A stretch of DNA of 64,000 nt from Armatimonadota bacterium (lineage in GTDB: Bacteria; Armatimonadota; SYMT01). The notes below the pieces were generated by a model. That model was not told the DNA's origin. It worked only from the letters and a program-made list of their open reading frames with translations, and searched no databases. The stretch covers positions 103,744-167,743 of the forward strand of contig JBKBRF010000005.1 of NCBI GenBank assembly GCA_046292385.1, written 5' to 3'. The position numbers and the translations under genes were made by a program. Positions 55,877-64,000 of this stretch are shown one piece after another. The stretch's first letter is position 1. Each line of letters starts with the position of its first letter.

Positions 55877-57064
55877 TCAAGGGGGCGAGGTCGGCAGGAT
55901 GTAGACGTACTCCATCTCATCCGGCTTCCCGGCCAGGGTGGCGCGGACGAAGTGGAGGTCGTCGTCCATCTCGCCGCGGCGGAATTCCTTGCGCAGCTTG
56001 GTGACCCACTGGCCCTGCTTCAGGTGGCCTCGAAGGAGCCGGAGCTGTCTTACGGCTTCCGGATCGGCCTCGCGGTCGAACTTCACGGTGCCGTCGAGCA
56101 TCCCGAGGTCGGCGGCGTTCAGCTTCCGCGCCCACTCCAGGCGGGTCGGGGTCCAGCCCGGCTCTCCCCGCTGCCCCTCCTGCGCCTGGCGCTGGAGCCG
56201 GTCGAGCTGCGGCTCGACGACCGCGGACCATGCCTTCTCCTGCGGCGTCAGCTTCTCCGGTACCGCGAAGGAGAGCGCTTGGTGCCACATCGGCGCCCAG
56301 CTTAGCTGGTAGCTCCAGGCGCCGGGGAGGTCGACCTTGTACGGCGCCTGCACGTAGAGCAGCGCCTCGGTCTTGTCTTTGACGGAGATCTGGGTGATCC
56401 GCAGCGGGTAGACGAACCGCTCGCTCGCGAAGGTGAAGCGGGTCGGCGTCACTTCGCCGCTGTAGGTGCCGTCCGCCCGGCGCTTCTGCTGCATCGGGTC
56501 GATCTTCATCACGGTGAAGAACCACTTCTTCCCGATGTAGTGCTGAAGCGTCGCCTCGTCCCCGGCATAGGAGTACCGGTTCTCCTTCAGCCAGGCGAAC
56601 AGGTCGGCGGCGTCCTCCGCGCGGACGATCTTGTAGTCGAGCGAGCCGACCACCCCCTCCTCCAGCACCACCACGGAGCGCTTGGCTGCTGGCGCGCTCG
56701 CGCCGCCGAAAGCACCCCTGGCGCGGAAGAGGACGGGCTTGTACTTGTCGAGCGGCATCGGCCGCAGGATGGTAAAGACGGCGAGCTCCTTGAAGAAGTC
56801 CCGCGGCATCTCGTACAGGCGGGGGCGCGAAGGCGTGGGGATCACCATGCCGAAGTCGCGGGCGTTCCCTTCAAACTTCGGCTGCACGGTGAAGCTCTCC
56901 ACCTGCTCCTGCGGGTCCCAGGTGAGGAATGCCTTCTGGGCCGGCTGGTTTACGTCCTGGCCCAGCGCGGAGAAGTAACAGCACGCACCCAGCGCGGCGG
57001 AGTGAGATCCTACGGCAGCGATCGCGGCCAACGCCGCGGAGACGAGTAGGCGTCGCATCGGCAC
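55877..57064 (-). CDS. Secreted DUF2330-like protein
   Basis: Signal peptide, ACCYF, FGMVIPTPSRP, VGSLDY..LFAWLKENRY and VYPLRIT. Confidence 0.82.
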   Translation of the reverse strand: MPMRRLLVSAALAAIAAVGSHSAALGACCYFSALGQDVNQPAQKAFLTWDPQEQVESFTVQPKFEGNARDFGMVIPTPSRPRLYEMPRDFFKELAVFTILRPMPLDKYKPVLFRARGAFGGASAPAAKRSVVVLEEGVVGSLDYKIVRAEDAADLFAWLKENRYSYAGDEATLQHYIGKKWFFTVMKIDPMQQKRRADGTYSGEVTPTRFTFASERFVYPLRITQISVKDKTEALLYVQAPYKVDLPGAWSYQLSWAPMWHQALSFAVPEKLTPQEKAWSAVVEPQLDRLQRQAQEGQRGEPGWTPTRLEWARKLNAADLGMLDGTVKFDREADPEAVRQLRLLRGHLKQGQWVTKLRKEFRRGEMDDDLHFVRATLAGKPDEMEYVYILPTSPP

Positions 57065-57149
57065 CTCCGGATGGCCTTATAACGGCCGTTCGGAGATCAG
57101 ACTCGGCGCCATCTGACAGGGTTACAGGCGGAAGACTTTTCCGGACCGG

Positions 57150-58004
57150 TCAATCCTGCTGCTCGTCGAGCGGCCGGGACGGGTCCAGGCCCGAGGCCGA
57201 GTAGTAGCGGCGCATCTCCGCGGCCACGCCGTCCAGGTCCGGGAAGAGGCGGCGCTCGTCGACCCCGCAGAGGTCGAGCTGGTCACGCACCCGCTCCACC
57301 GCGGAGTACGGGATCTGGATGCGCGTGAGGCAGCGAGAGAGCCCGGCCTCGGCCAGGAGCTCGTCGATCGCGCGGGTGCGGTCGGTGGGGAAGGTGAACG
57401 TAGACGCCTGTGACGTGATCCGCCCGTCCAGCGCCGGCGGCTCCAGCAAGGCGATCAGCGGCTCCTCGAGGCGCGCCTGGTCCGTGACAAGCTGCCAGAG
57501 GGAGGTGATCCCCCGCTTCTCCAGCACGGCATCGAGCTCGTGGACCATCAACGCCAGCGGCGGCAGGCCGTAGTAGTCGTGCATGGCGCCCCAATCGAGG
57601 CGCCAGATCACCCGGTCCGACGGCCGGCCCTCGTTCACTGTCGCGAAGTGCGCCGCCACCAGCGGGCTGTGGGTCCAGTCGAGGAGCCGGGTCGGCAGCC
57701 CGTGGTGCTGCGCCACGATCAGCACCTCCCAGTCGTTCACCGGCGCGACGGAAAGGTGAGGACGGGAGTACCGGATGAAATTGCGCAGCAGGTGCTCTTC
57801 CAGGTGGACCTTCGAGTGCGGCTCCCGGTCCGGCACCCCCACGCGCGCCAGGCTGGTGAGCAGCGAGTAGCCGGTATCCGGAACGCCGCGGTAGACCGCT
57901 CGCTCGCGCAGGCGGCCGCTGGCCGGGTCGGGCCGGCTGGGCGTGACCACCTGGATCAGCTCGGACAGGTCCTGGATGACGATCTCGCGGATCGGGTCTG
58001 GCAT
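57150..58004 (-). CDS. FRG domain protein
   Basis: VYRG and AQHHGLPTRLLDWTHSPLVAAHFA, RITSQ, LFPDLDG. Confidence 0.92.
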   Translation of the reverse strand: MPDPIREIVIQDLSELIQVVTPSRPDPASGRLRERAVYRGVPDTGYSLLTSLARVGVPDREPHSKVHLEEHLLRNFIRYSRPHLSVAPVNDWEVLIVAQHHGLPTRLLDWTHSPLVAAHFATVNEGRPSDRVIWRLDWGAMHDYYGLPPLALMVHELDAVLEKRGITSLWQLVTDQARLEEPLIALLEPPALDGRITSQASTFTFPTDRTRAIDELLAEAGLSRCLTRIQIPYSAVERVRDQLDLCGVDERRLFPDLDGVAAEMRRYYSASGLDPSRPLDEQQD

Positions 58005-58087
58005 GGATCGGCGCGCCCCTCGCAGCCGTTCGTTCCCGTCCGCTGACCGCCGCGAAACCCGGCGCTCCCTCCCGCTCGGCCGCCCGC

Positions 58088-59038
58088 TCAGGCCTGCAGG
58101 TAGGGTGCCAGCAGCCGCGCGAATTCCCTCCGGGCCCCGGGGAGGTCGCCCGCCTCCACGCAGAAGCCGAGCCGTGCTGGGCGTCCCACGCCGAGCGCAT
58201 CCGCGAGCCCGCGCAGGCCCCGCCCCGCCGGCGTGACCAGCAGCTCTCCGACCAGATGGGGCGGACGGAGGAAGAGGACCAGCTCGATGCCGCCGACCGG
58301 CGAGCGTGGCCAGCCGCCGGGAGAGAGGCGCGCTACTCCGCCCACCAGGCCCTTTTCCGGTAGCGGCCGGTGCGGATAGCGCTCCTGGTCTTTCAATACC
58401 TCCACCAGCGCGGCGTCCAGCGGCGCAACCGGCCGGCCGACCTTGTCATCGAGCGTGGTGCGATAGCCCCAGCCCCGGACCTCCATCCGGGCCACTTCTT
58501 CCAGCACAGCCGCCACCCGGGTGAAGAGCGGCGGCGGCGCGAGTGTGATCATGCGACGGCTCTGCGCGGCGCAGCCGGGCACCCACACGTCGAGCTGCGC
58601 GCGCCACATGCTCTCGAACGGTCGCCCCCAGGGAGCAGTGAGGGCGAATTCCCACCGCCGCACCTCCCCGGGCTGCAGCACCGCCTGGTACTCCAGCACC
58701 TGCTCCGCGTGGGTAATCTGGAACTCCGACGCCGCAGCCCCCAGCAGCCCCCCGGCTCCAACGGAGGGCGCCACCATCCCGCTTACCAGCCCGACCGACG
58801 CACCGAAGGCGAGGCCGTTTGCGAGCGGGCCCAGGTCCCTCGGGAGCTGTGAATCTTCGATCAGCGAGACCCGCACCGAGTCGATCGCCTGCGGCTGTGC
58901 CCCGCCGCGCAGCACCACCCGGCCGATCAGCGGCTCCCCCCACCCGAGCCGCAGCGAGTGAAGCGTGAGCCGGCCGGTGACCTGCCCCGCCCGCAGCGAG
59001 GCGTTGGGGTTTTGCCAGAACAGCAGTCGATCGAGCAT
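58088..59038 (-). CDS. Hypothetical protein with Spo0M/arrestin-N-like N-terminal region
   Basis: GEPLIGRVVLRGGAQPQAIDSVRVSL..LQPGEVRRWEFAL..PW. Confidence 0.6.
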   Translation of the reverse strand: MLDRLLFWQNPNASLRAGQVTGRLTLHSLRLGWGEPLIGRVVLRGGAQPQAIDSVRVSLIEDSQLPRDLGPLANGLAFGASVGLVSGMVAPSVGAGGLLGAAASEFQITHAEQVLEYQAVLQPGEVRRWEFALTAPWGRPFESMWRAQLDVWVPGCAAQSRRMITLAPPPLFTRVAAVLEEVARMEVRGWGYRTTLDDKVGRPVAPLDAALVEVLKDQERYPHRPLPEKGLVGGVARLSPGGWPRSPVGGIELVLFLRPPHLVGELLVTPAGRGLRGLADALGVGRPARLGFCVEAGDLPGARREFARLLAPYLQA

Positions 59039-59111
59039 CGGGGTTGCGAGTCTCCGGTGAGTAGTCCATCTTCCGGAACGGTCGCAGCTCGATCTGGTTA
59101 CGAGCGAGCGA

Positions 59112-59657
59112 TCAGAGCGGCAGATCGTCGATCTCCAGCAGAGAGTGATCGTGGAGCATGCGGTTGCGGGCGCTGGAATAACGCCAGTGCTCCGGAAGCT
59201 CCACATAGCCCTTGCGCACCGGATTCGCCTCCACGTAGGTGATCTTCTGGCGCAGCCACTCTTCGCTTGTGATGAGCACTGGATGGAAGCCTTCCTGCCA
59301 GACCCGCGCCCGAGCCGTGCTGAGTCCCTGAGATGAGGTGGGAGAAAGCAGGCGGAGCAGTGATTCCTGCCCGTCCTCCCGCAGCAGCTGCAGTATCTGC
59401 GACGACGTATGGCGCTTCAGATCGCGAATGATACCTGCCAGCGCTCCCGGAACCTCGGGATGCGCAACCAGATGGAAATGGTTCGTCATCACCACGTAGC
59501 CATAGATCCGCAGTCCCTTGTGCCGGCGGCAGTAGGCAAACGCATCGATCAGCACCTCGAAGTACCGTGGAGAGGTAAAGACGTGCGCCCAGGCGAGGGT
59601 GGTGGAGGTGATGAAGTAGGGGGCGTCTTCATCGGCGTAGACACGAAAGCCGCTCAT
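59112..59657 (-). mobile_element. REP-associated tyrosine transposase (RAYT, Y1/HUH)
   Basis: GGAGG RBS, YFITST, VVMTNHFHL (HUH), WQEGFH, YVEANPV and WRYSSA; 181 aa. Confidence 0.92.
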
Positions 59658-59680
59658 CGCACCTCCCGAGGCTCCTCCGA

Positions 59681-59979
59681 CCGGAATTGACTTCCGGCGG
59701 AATTGACGTAAGAACCGGATCGCCCGGCGTTGACTCTCGGCGGAACCAATTTGCGCCGTTGACTGCGCAGCGCAGCCGGAGCGGGCAGTCAACTGCCCAT
59801 GTTCGACACTCCGGGAGTCAACTCCCGGAGATCCATGGACAGAGCTCATCAACAAGGATCGCCGGGAGTTGACTCCCGGCGGAACCAATCCGCCCAGTTC
59901 ACTGGGCACCACAGCGGCAGCCGGAGCGGGCAGTCAACTGCCCGCGTTCGACACTCCGGGAGTCAATTCCCGGAGATCA
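59681..59979. repeat. REP/REPIN array upstream of the RAYT: two ~120-nt tandem units plus a solo hairpin
   Basis: Units at about 59716-59834 and 59856-59979. Hairpins CGCCGGGAG-TTGA-CTCCCGGCG, GCGGGCAG-TCAA-CTGCCCGC and CTCCGGGAG-TCAA-CTCCCGGAG. Confidence 0.9.
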
Positions 59980-59982
59980 AAT

Positions 59983-61122
59983 CTATCGCTCCATCCACTC
60001 CCCCAGCCGCCGCAGTCCCTCCTCGATCCGCGGCAGGGCCGAGGCGAAGCTGAAGCGCAGGTGGCCTTCCGCGCGGCTGCCGAAGTCGATGCCGGGCGTC
60101 ACCCCCACGTGCGCTTCTTCGAGGATGCGGTGCGCCAGCGCGAGCGAGTCCGGGTGCAGATGGCGGGCGTCGGCCAGGGCGTAGTAAGCGCCGAGAGGGG
60201 TGGCGGGCACGCGCAGGCCGAGGCTCTCCAGCCCCTGCAGCAGGACCTCGCGGCGGCGGGTGTAGTGCGCCAGCATCTCGCGGGCGTCCGGCTCCGCCTC
60301 GCGGAGCGCGGCGAGCGCGGCGTGCTGCGCCACGCTGCCGGCGCAGATGAAGAGGTTCTGCTGTAGACGCTGCAGCGGCGCGACGCTCTCCGGCGGGGCG
60401 ACCAGCCAGCCGATCCGCCAGCCGGTCATCGCGTAGCGCTTGCTGAAGCCGTCGAGCACGAAGCAGCGGTCGGTCACCTCCAGCATGCTGGGTGCGCGCG
60501 TGCCGTACTCCAGCCCGTGGTAGATCTCGTCGCTGATCACCGGCACGCCGAGCTCCGCCAGCTCTGCCAGCGTCTCCCGGCTCTGCACTGCAGCCGTCGG
60601 ATTGGCGGGGCTGTTGACCAGCAGCGCCCGGGTCTGGCGAGTAAGCCGCCGCCGGACCTCCGCCGCGTCGCAGCGGTAGCCGCAGGCGGGGTCGAGCGGG
60701 AAGTAGCGAGGCTGGCCGTGGAAGGCGCGGACGAAGTTGGGGTAGCAGGCGTAGCCGGGGTCCGGGAGCAGCACCTCGTCCCCCGGATCGAGGAGGAGCG
60801 CCATCAGCAGCGCCAGGCCGCCGGAGGTGCCGCTCGTCACCAGGATCCGCTCCGGCTCCACCTCGACCCCATAGCGGCCCCGGTAGTAGCGAGAGATCTC
60901 CGCCCGCAGCTCCCAGAGTCCCAGGCTGTGGGTGTAATGGGTCTCCCCTCTCCGCAGCGCCTCGCTCGCGGCGCGCTCCACGCAGGCGGGGGTATTGAAG
61001 TCCGGCTCCCCGACTTCTAGGTGGACGATGTCCGCGCCGGCGCGCTCCAGCTCCTGGGCGCGCTCCAGGATCTCCATCGCGAAAAAGGGCGTAACGTCCC
61101 GGGCCGAGTGAGAGAGGTACAT
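59983..61122 (-). CDS. PLP-dependent class I/II (aspartate-type) aminotransferase
   Basis: GEPDF, NSPANPT, SDEIY and GFSKRYAMTGWRIG. Confidence 0.95.
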   Translation of the reverse strand: MYLSHSARDVTPFFAMEILERAQELERAGADIVHLEVGEPDFNTPACVERAASEALRRGETHYTHSLGLWELRAEISRYYRGRYGVEVEPERILVTSGTSGGLALLMALLLDPGDEVLLPDPGYACYPNFVRAFHGQPRYFPLDPACGYRCDAAEVRRRLTRQTRALLVNSPANPTAAVQSRETLAELAELGVPVISDEIYHGLEYGTRAPSMLEVTDRCFVLDGFSKRYAMTGWRIGWLVAPPESVAPLQRLQQNLFICAGSVAQHAALAALREAEPDAREMLAHYTRRREVLLQGLESLGLRVPATPLGAYYALADARHLHPDSLALAHRILEEAHVGVTPGIDFGSRAEGHLRFSFASALPRIEEGLRRLGEWMER

Positions 61123-61220
61123 GGGTCTGAAGTATCGCGTCCGGAGACGGACTGCCAGAAACGACGAGGGAGCGGGGCGCGTGCCCCACTCCCCTTGAAG
61201 TTCTCGATCGCGAGCGCCGG

Positions 61221-61589
61221 TTACTTCTTGAGCGCGTAGTCCGCCAGCGCGGTGACGCTCACGCCCGGGACGCGGTCGATGTGCTGGACCACGTTCTCGG
61301 ACTGCACCGGCACCAGGATCTTGATGCGGGCCACGTCCTTGTAATCGGTCTCGAGCTGCGCCACCGCCTTCACGCGGTCGACGTCGCTCTTCTTACCCGC
61401 TACCTGCGCCGCCCCGATGTTGAGGCTGGAGCCGACGGTGATGATCGGCACGATCTTCTTGTCGAGGTTCGGGTAGTAGTCGCGGCTGCCGTACTGCGCC
61501 TGCGCCGGCTGGACCGCGCCGGAGATCAGCGCGGCGCCCAGGCCGAGGGCGAGGGCCGCCGCTGCTCCCATGGAAATGAGTCGCTTCAT
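61221..61589 (-). CDS. Small secreted hypothetical protein (paralog B)
   Basis: GGAGG RBS, signal peptide, KIVPIITVG..IGAAQVAG..KAVAQLE..VPGVSVTALAD. Confidence 0.8.
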   Translation of the reverse strand: MKRLISMGAAAALALGLGAALISGAVQPAQAQYGSRDYYPNLDKKIVPIITVGSSLNIGAAQVAGKKSDVDRVKAVAQLETDYKDVARIKILVPVQSENVVQHIDRVPGVSVTALADYALKK

Positions 61590-61602
61590 CGGGTCCTCCT
61601 CC

Positions 61603-62052
61603 CTAGATCCGGAAATCGATGATCGCCGTGGTGCCCACGCCCTGGATCGGCTTCAGCTCCGCCTTACCGGGGGTGAGGCTGTTCACAGGGAAATAGGCCT
61701 TGCCGCGCGCGCGGCCGACCGGCACCTCGATCGTGGCGACATACTTCGCCTTCTTGAGCACCGTCTCTTCGCCCTGGATCTGCGCGCCGCCCACGTAGGC
61801 GCCGCTGCCGACGGCGAAGGTCGGGACGACCTTGGTGCGGTCCTCGTACCGGATCCCCTTCTGCTGGAGGAGGGTGTTGATCGTCTTGTTGATCTGGGGG
61901 CCGAACTGCTTCACCAGGAAGCCGATCCCGCCCACCTTCACCACCTTGCCCAGGGCTCCGTCCAGGATGCCCGCCTGGGCGGTCTGCGCGGAGCCGAAGC
62001 CCACTGCCGCCGCCAGTGCCAGGGTTCCGGCCCAGAACTTGATTGTTTTCAT
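61603..62052 (-). CDS. Small secreted hypothetical protein (paralog A)
   Basis: Signal peptide, KVVPTFAVG..VGGAQIQG..KYVATIE..IQGVGTTAIID. Confidence 0.82.
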   Translation of the reverse strand: MKTIKFWAGTLALAAAVGFGSAQTAQAGILDGALGKVVKVGGIGFLVKQFGPQINKTINTLLQQKGIRYEDRTKVVPTFAVGSGAYVGGAQIQGEETVLKKAKYVATIEVPVGRARGKAYFPVNSLTPGKAELKPIQGVGTTAIIDFRI

Positions 62053-62145
62053 CGCGCTCTCCCCGCGGGGTCTCTCCGCCCCGCTCTTTGTCCATGACCC
62101 ATAATCGGCGCGGCGGGTTGCGTAGAACCTAAACTCAATGCGGTC

Positions 62146-62556
62146 TCAATCCGCGGCCCGGCGTTTCCGGGCCCACCGGTCGAGAAGAAACGCCGTCCCT
62201 GCGCCGGCCGTGTAGCACGCCAGGTCCCGCAGCGCGAAGGTGGTGCCGAAGAGCAGGCGGACCGGGAGCAGCCCCGCGTACCGTGCCGGGATGCCGGTGA
62301 GCTGGAACAGCTCCACCGCCACGCACCAGCCCAGCGCCGCCAGGGCGATCGCTCGCGGTCGGGTCTTGGGGCGAAGCGCTGCCAGGGCCAGGTAGGCGGC
62401 AGAGGCGTAGAGCGCGTCCCCCAGCCACTCGTCCCAGAGCGGTATTCCCTGGGGGAACCGGCGGGAGACGAGACCCAGCAGAACTACGACGACCAGCGCG
62501 GCGGCGTAGAGGCCCCGGGACGCTCCCGGCTTGCCGGAGTGGTGCGTCAGGCTCAC
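62146..62556 (-). CDS. DUF2809-like membrane protein
   Basis: LGLVSR..LGDALYA..VELFQL..LLFGTTF..DLACY. Start uncertain. Confidence 0.8.
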   Translation of the reverse strand: MSLTHHSGKPGASRGLYAAALVVVVLLGLVSRRFPQGIPLWDEWLGDALYASAAYLALAALRPKTRPRAIALAALGWCVAVELFQLTGIPARYAGLLPVRLLFGTTFALRDLACYTAGAGTAFLLDRWARKRRAAD

Positions 62557-62614
62557 CCGGTGCTCCGGGAAAGTGGCTCATACCCGGATCCCCTACGCTC
62601 ACACCGGCAGGGTG

Positions 62615-63586
62615 TCATTTCCAGCAGTGGTCCCAGATGCCGACGAGCGCCTCCTGCTGGCGGAGGCCGGAGAGACCGTTCACCAGCAGGTGCGACGGGT
62701 CGTCCGTGCGGACCGCCAGCAGGAAGCTCTCGACGGAGCGCCGCATCAGGTCCGGTCCGATCCACTCTTCGCCCTCCGCGGCCACGCGCGCCACGAATTC
62801 CCCGTCGCGGTTCACGCCGTCGTAGGTGGCAACCAGATCCTGGTTGCCCAGCTCCCTCTTCACCGTGCCGTCGGTAGTCCGGCGGCACTCGATGTGGACC
62901 GGCAGACGGCGCGCCGCGGAGACCCACTCGAAGTCGAGCACCACTTCCCGAGGACCGTCCTGGTGGCGGAGGGTGGCCCAGTCGACCCCTCCGGGCGCGA
63001 GGCGGTCGATGACGGCGAGGGGGTGGGGACCGAGATCGACCCACACCTCCGCGGCGCCGTGCGGGCTGCGCGGCGCGCCGCGAGTGGCCATGGTAAAGGT
63101 CAGGGCGCGGTAATCCGGCTCGCGTCCGCGCAGCGTCCGGTGGAGCGCCTCGAACCCCTCCAGCGCTGCCGGATACTGTGCGTTCACCCCCAGGAGCACG
63201 CCGTGGTGCGCCGCCGCCTCCACCAGCCGAGTCGCCTCCTGGATCAGCTCCAGGGAGCTATAGCTCCAGTTCCAGACGAGCGGCTTCTCGCAGAGGAGGT
63301 GCTTTCCGTCCTGCGCCAGGTCGCGGCAGTTTGCCCAGTGCTCCTCCGCCGGCGAGCAAACGCTGCAGGCGTCGAACCCGCCCTCGCGGCGGAACTGCTC
63401 CCAATCATGAAAGGCACGTCCGCTGAAGCCGAAGAGGTCTCGCAGCGTCGCCGCGGCGGAGAGCGCGGAGGCTTCGGTGGTCCCATAGATCGCCACCACC
63501 TCGCAGCCGGCGTGGGCAAACCACTTGGCATGATGCCGGCCAATTCCGCGGGCACCGACGATGGCGATACGGGGGAGCGGCTTCAT
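62615..63586 (-). CDS. Gfo/Idh/MocA family oxidoreductase
   Basis: IAIVGARGIGRHH, GKHLLCEKP and DLGPHPL. Confidence 0.88.
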   Translation of the reverse strand: MKPLPRIAIVGARGIGRHHAKWFAHAGCEVVAIYGTTEASALSAAATLRDLFGFSGRAFHDWEQFRREGGFDACSVCSPAEEHWANCRDLAQDGKHLLCEKPLVWNWSYSSLELIQEATRLVEAAAHHGVLLGVNAQYPAALEGFEALHRTLRGREPDYRALTFTMATRGAPRSPHGAAEVWVDLGPHPLAVIDRLAPGGVDWATLRHQDGPREVVLDFEWVSAARRLPVHIECRRTTDGTVKRELGNQDLVATYDGVNRDGEFVARVAAEGEEWIGPDLMRRSVESFLLAVRTDDPSHLLVNGLSGLRQQEALVGIWDHCWK

Positions 63587-63608
63587 AGTCGGTGCGGAGG
63601 AGACGTCG

Positions 63609-64000
63609 TCAGATCGGGGGCGCCGTTCTCGTCCGGAGCCGCTTCACCATCCGGCGGTGCGGGATTCCGGCCTCGAGGAATTCTTCACCCTCGGGCACGT
63701 AGCCCAAACGCTCGTAAAACGGAACGGCACATACCTGGGCGTCGAGCGCCAGCTCGGTCACTCCCAGGGAGCCGGCATACTGCTCCAGCGCCCGCATCAA
63801 GAGGGCGCCCCAACCGCGCCCGCGGAACTCCGGCAGCAGGGCGATCCGGCCCAGCTTCGCCAGCCCGCGCCGCGGCTGGTAGACCCGCGCGGTGCCGGCC
63901 GGCCGCTCGCCCGCCAGCACCAGCCAGTGGCGGGCGCACGAATCCCACGCGTCCGGCTCGTCTTCCGGCGGCCCGCCCTGCTCCTGCACGAAGACCGCGC
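63609..64000 (-). CDS. GNAT acetyltransferase, ElaA/YjcF-like (5' end off the window)
   Basis: AVFVQEQG, AKLGRIA, RGRGWG, LDAQ..FYERLGY and EAGIPH. Confidence 0.9.
   Translation of the reverse strand, partial: AVFVQEQGGPPEDEPDAWDSCARHWLVLAGERPAGTARVYQPRRGLAKLGRIALLPEFRGRGWGALLMRALEQYAGSLGVTELALDAQVCAVPFYERLGYVPEGEEFLEAGIPHRRMVKRLRTRTAPPI

Noticed and set aside
57150..59657. Defence island around the FRG gene
   Set aside because: Only one FRG gene, with no other defence, integrase or toxin-antitoxin genes nearby.
59681..59979. Possible CRISPR array
   Set aside because: Only two long units with internal palindromes, no unique equal-length spacers, no cas genes, and it sits beside a RAYT. REPs explain it better.

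Overview
A high-GC bacterial chromosomal window, visually about 70% GC, with about 55 supportable protein genes and no rRNA, tRNA, CRISPR array or prophage that I could see. It mixes Terrabacteria-type traits (Leu T-box on ilvB, PIN/TRAM-ispDF, ftsEX-envC-ctp, Spo0M-like gene) with diderm or planctomycete-like accessory genes (POTRA, DUF1501, DUF2330, Tat-exported Gfo/Idh/MocA). That mix suggests Armatimonadota or a similar lineage, which is inference only. Housekeeping genes include ilvB (partial), ispDF, ftsE, ftsX, hflX, queA, mutS, pepD and a sigma-70 factor. Best candidates for new biology: (1) an exported cytochrome c-rhodanese fusion whose catalytic Cys codon is an in-frame TGA inside a SECIS-like hairpin, i.e. 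a probable selenoprotein that the ORF track truncates; (2) a GxxExxY gene bracketed by inverted 9-mer arms inside ftsE-ftsX, with gene-less nested copies of the same arms elsewhere; (3) four 19-22 nt 'YYYR + hairpin' micro-insertions that interrupt other repeats, one with its empty site in the window; (4) a four-helix-bundle/YacP-NYN fusion; (5) a dead plus live S41 protease tandem; (6) a RAYT with its own REP array; (7) an orphan CcrM-like methylase with two GANTC sites upstream. All family calls come from motif recognition by eye, not database searches.
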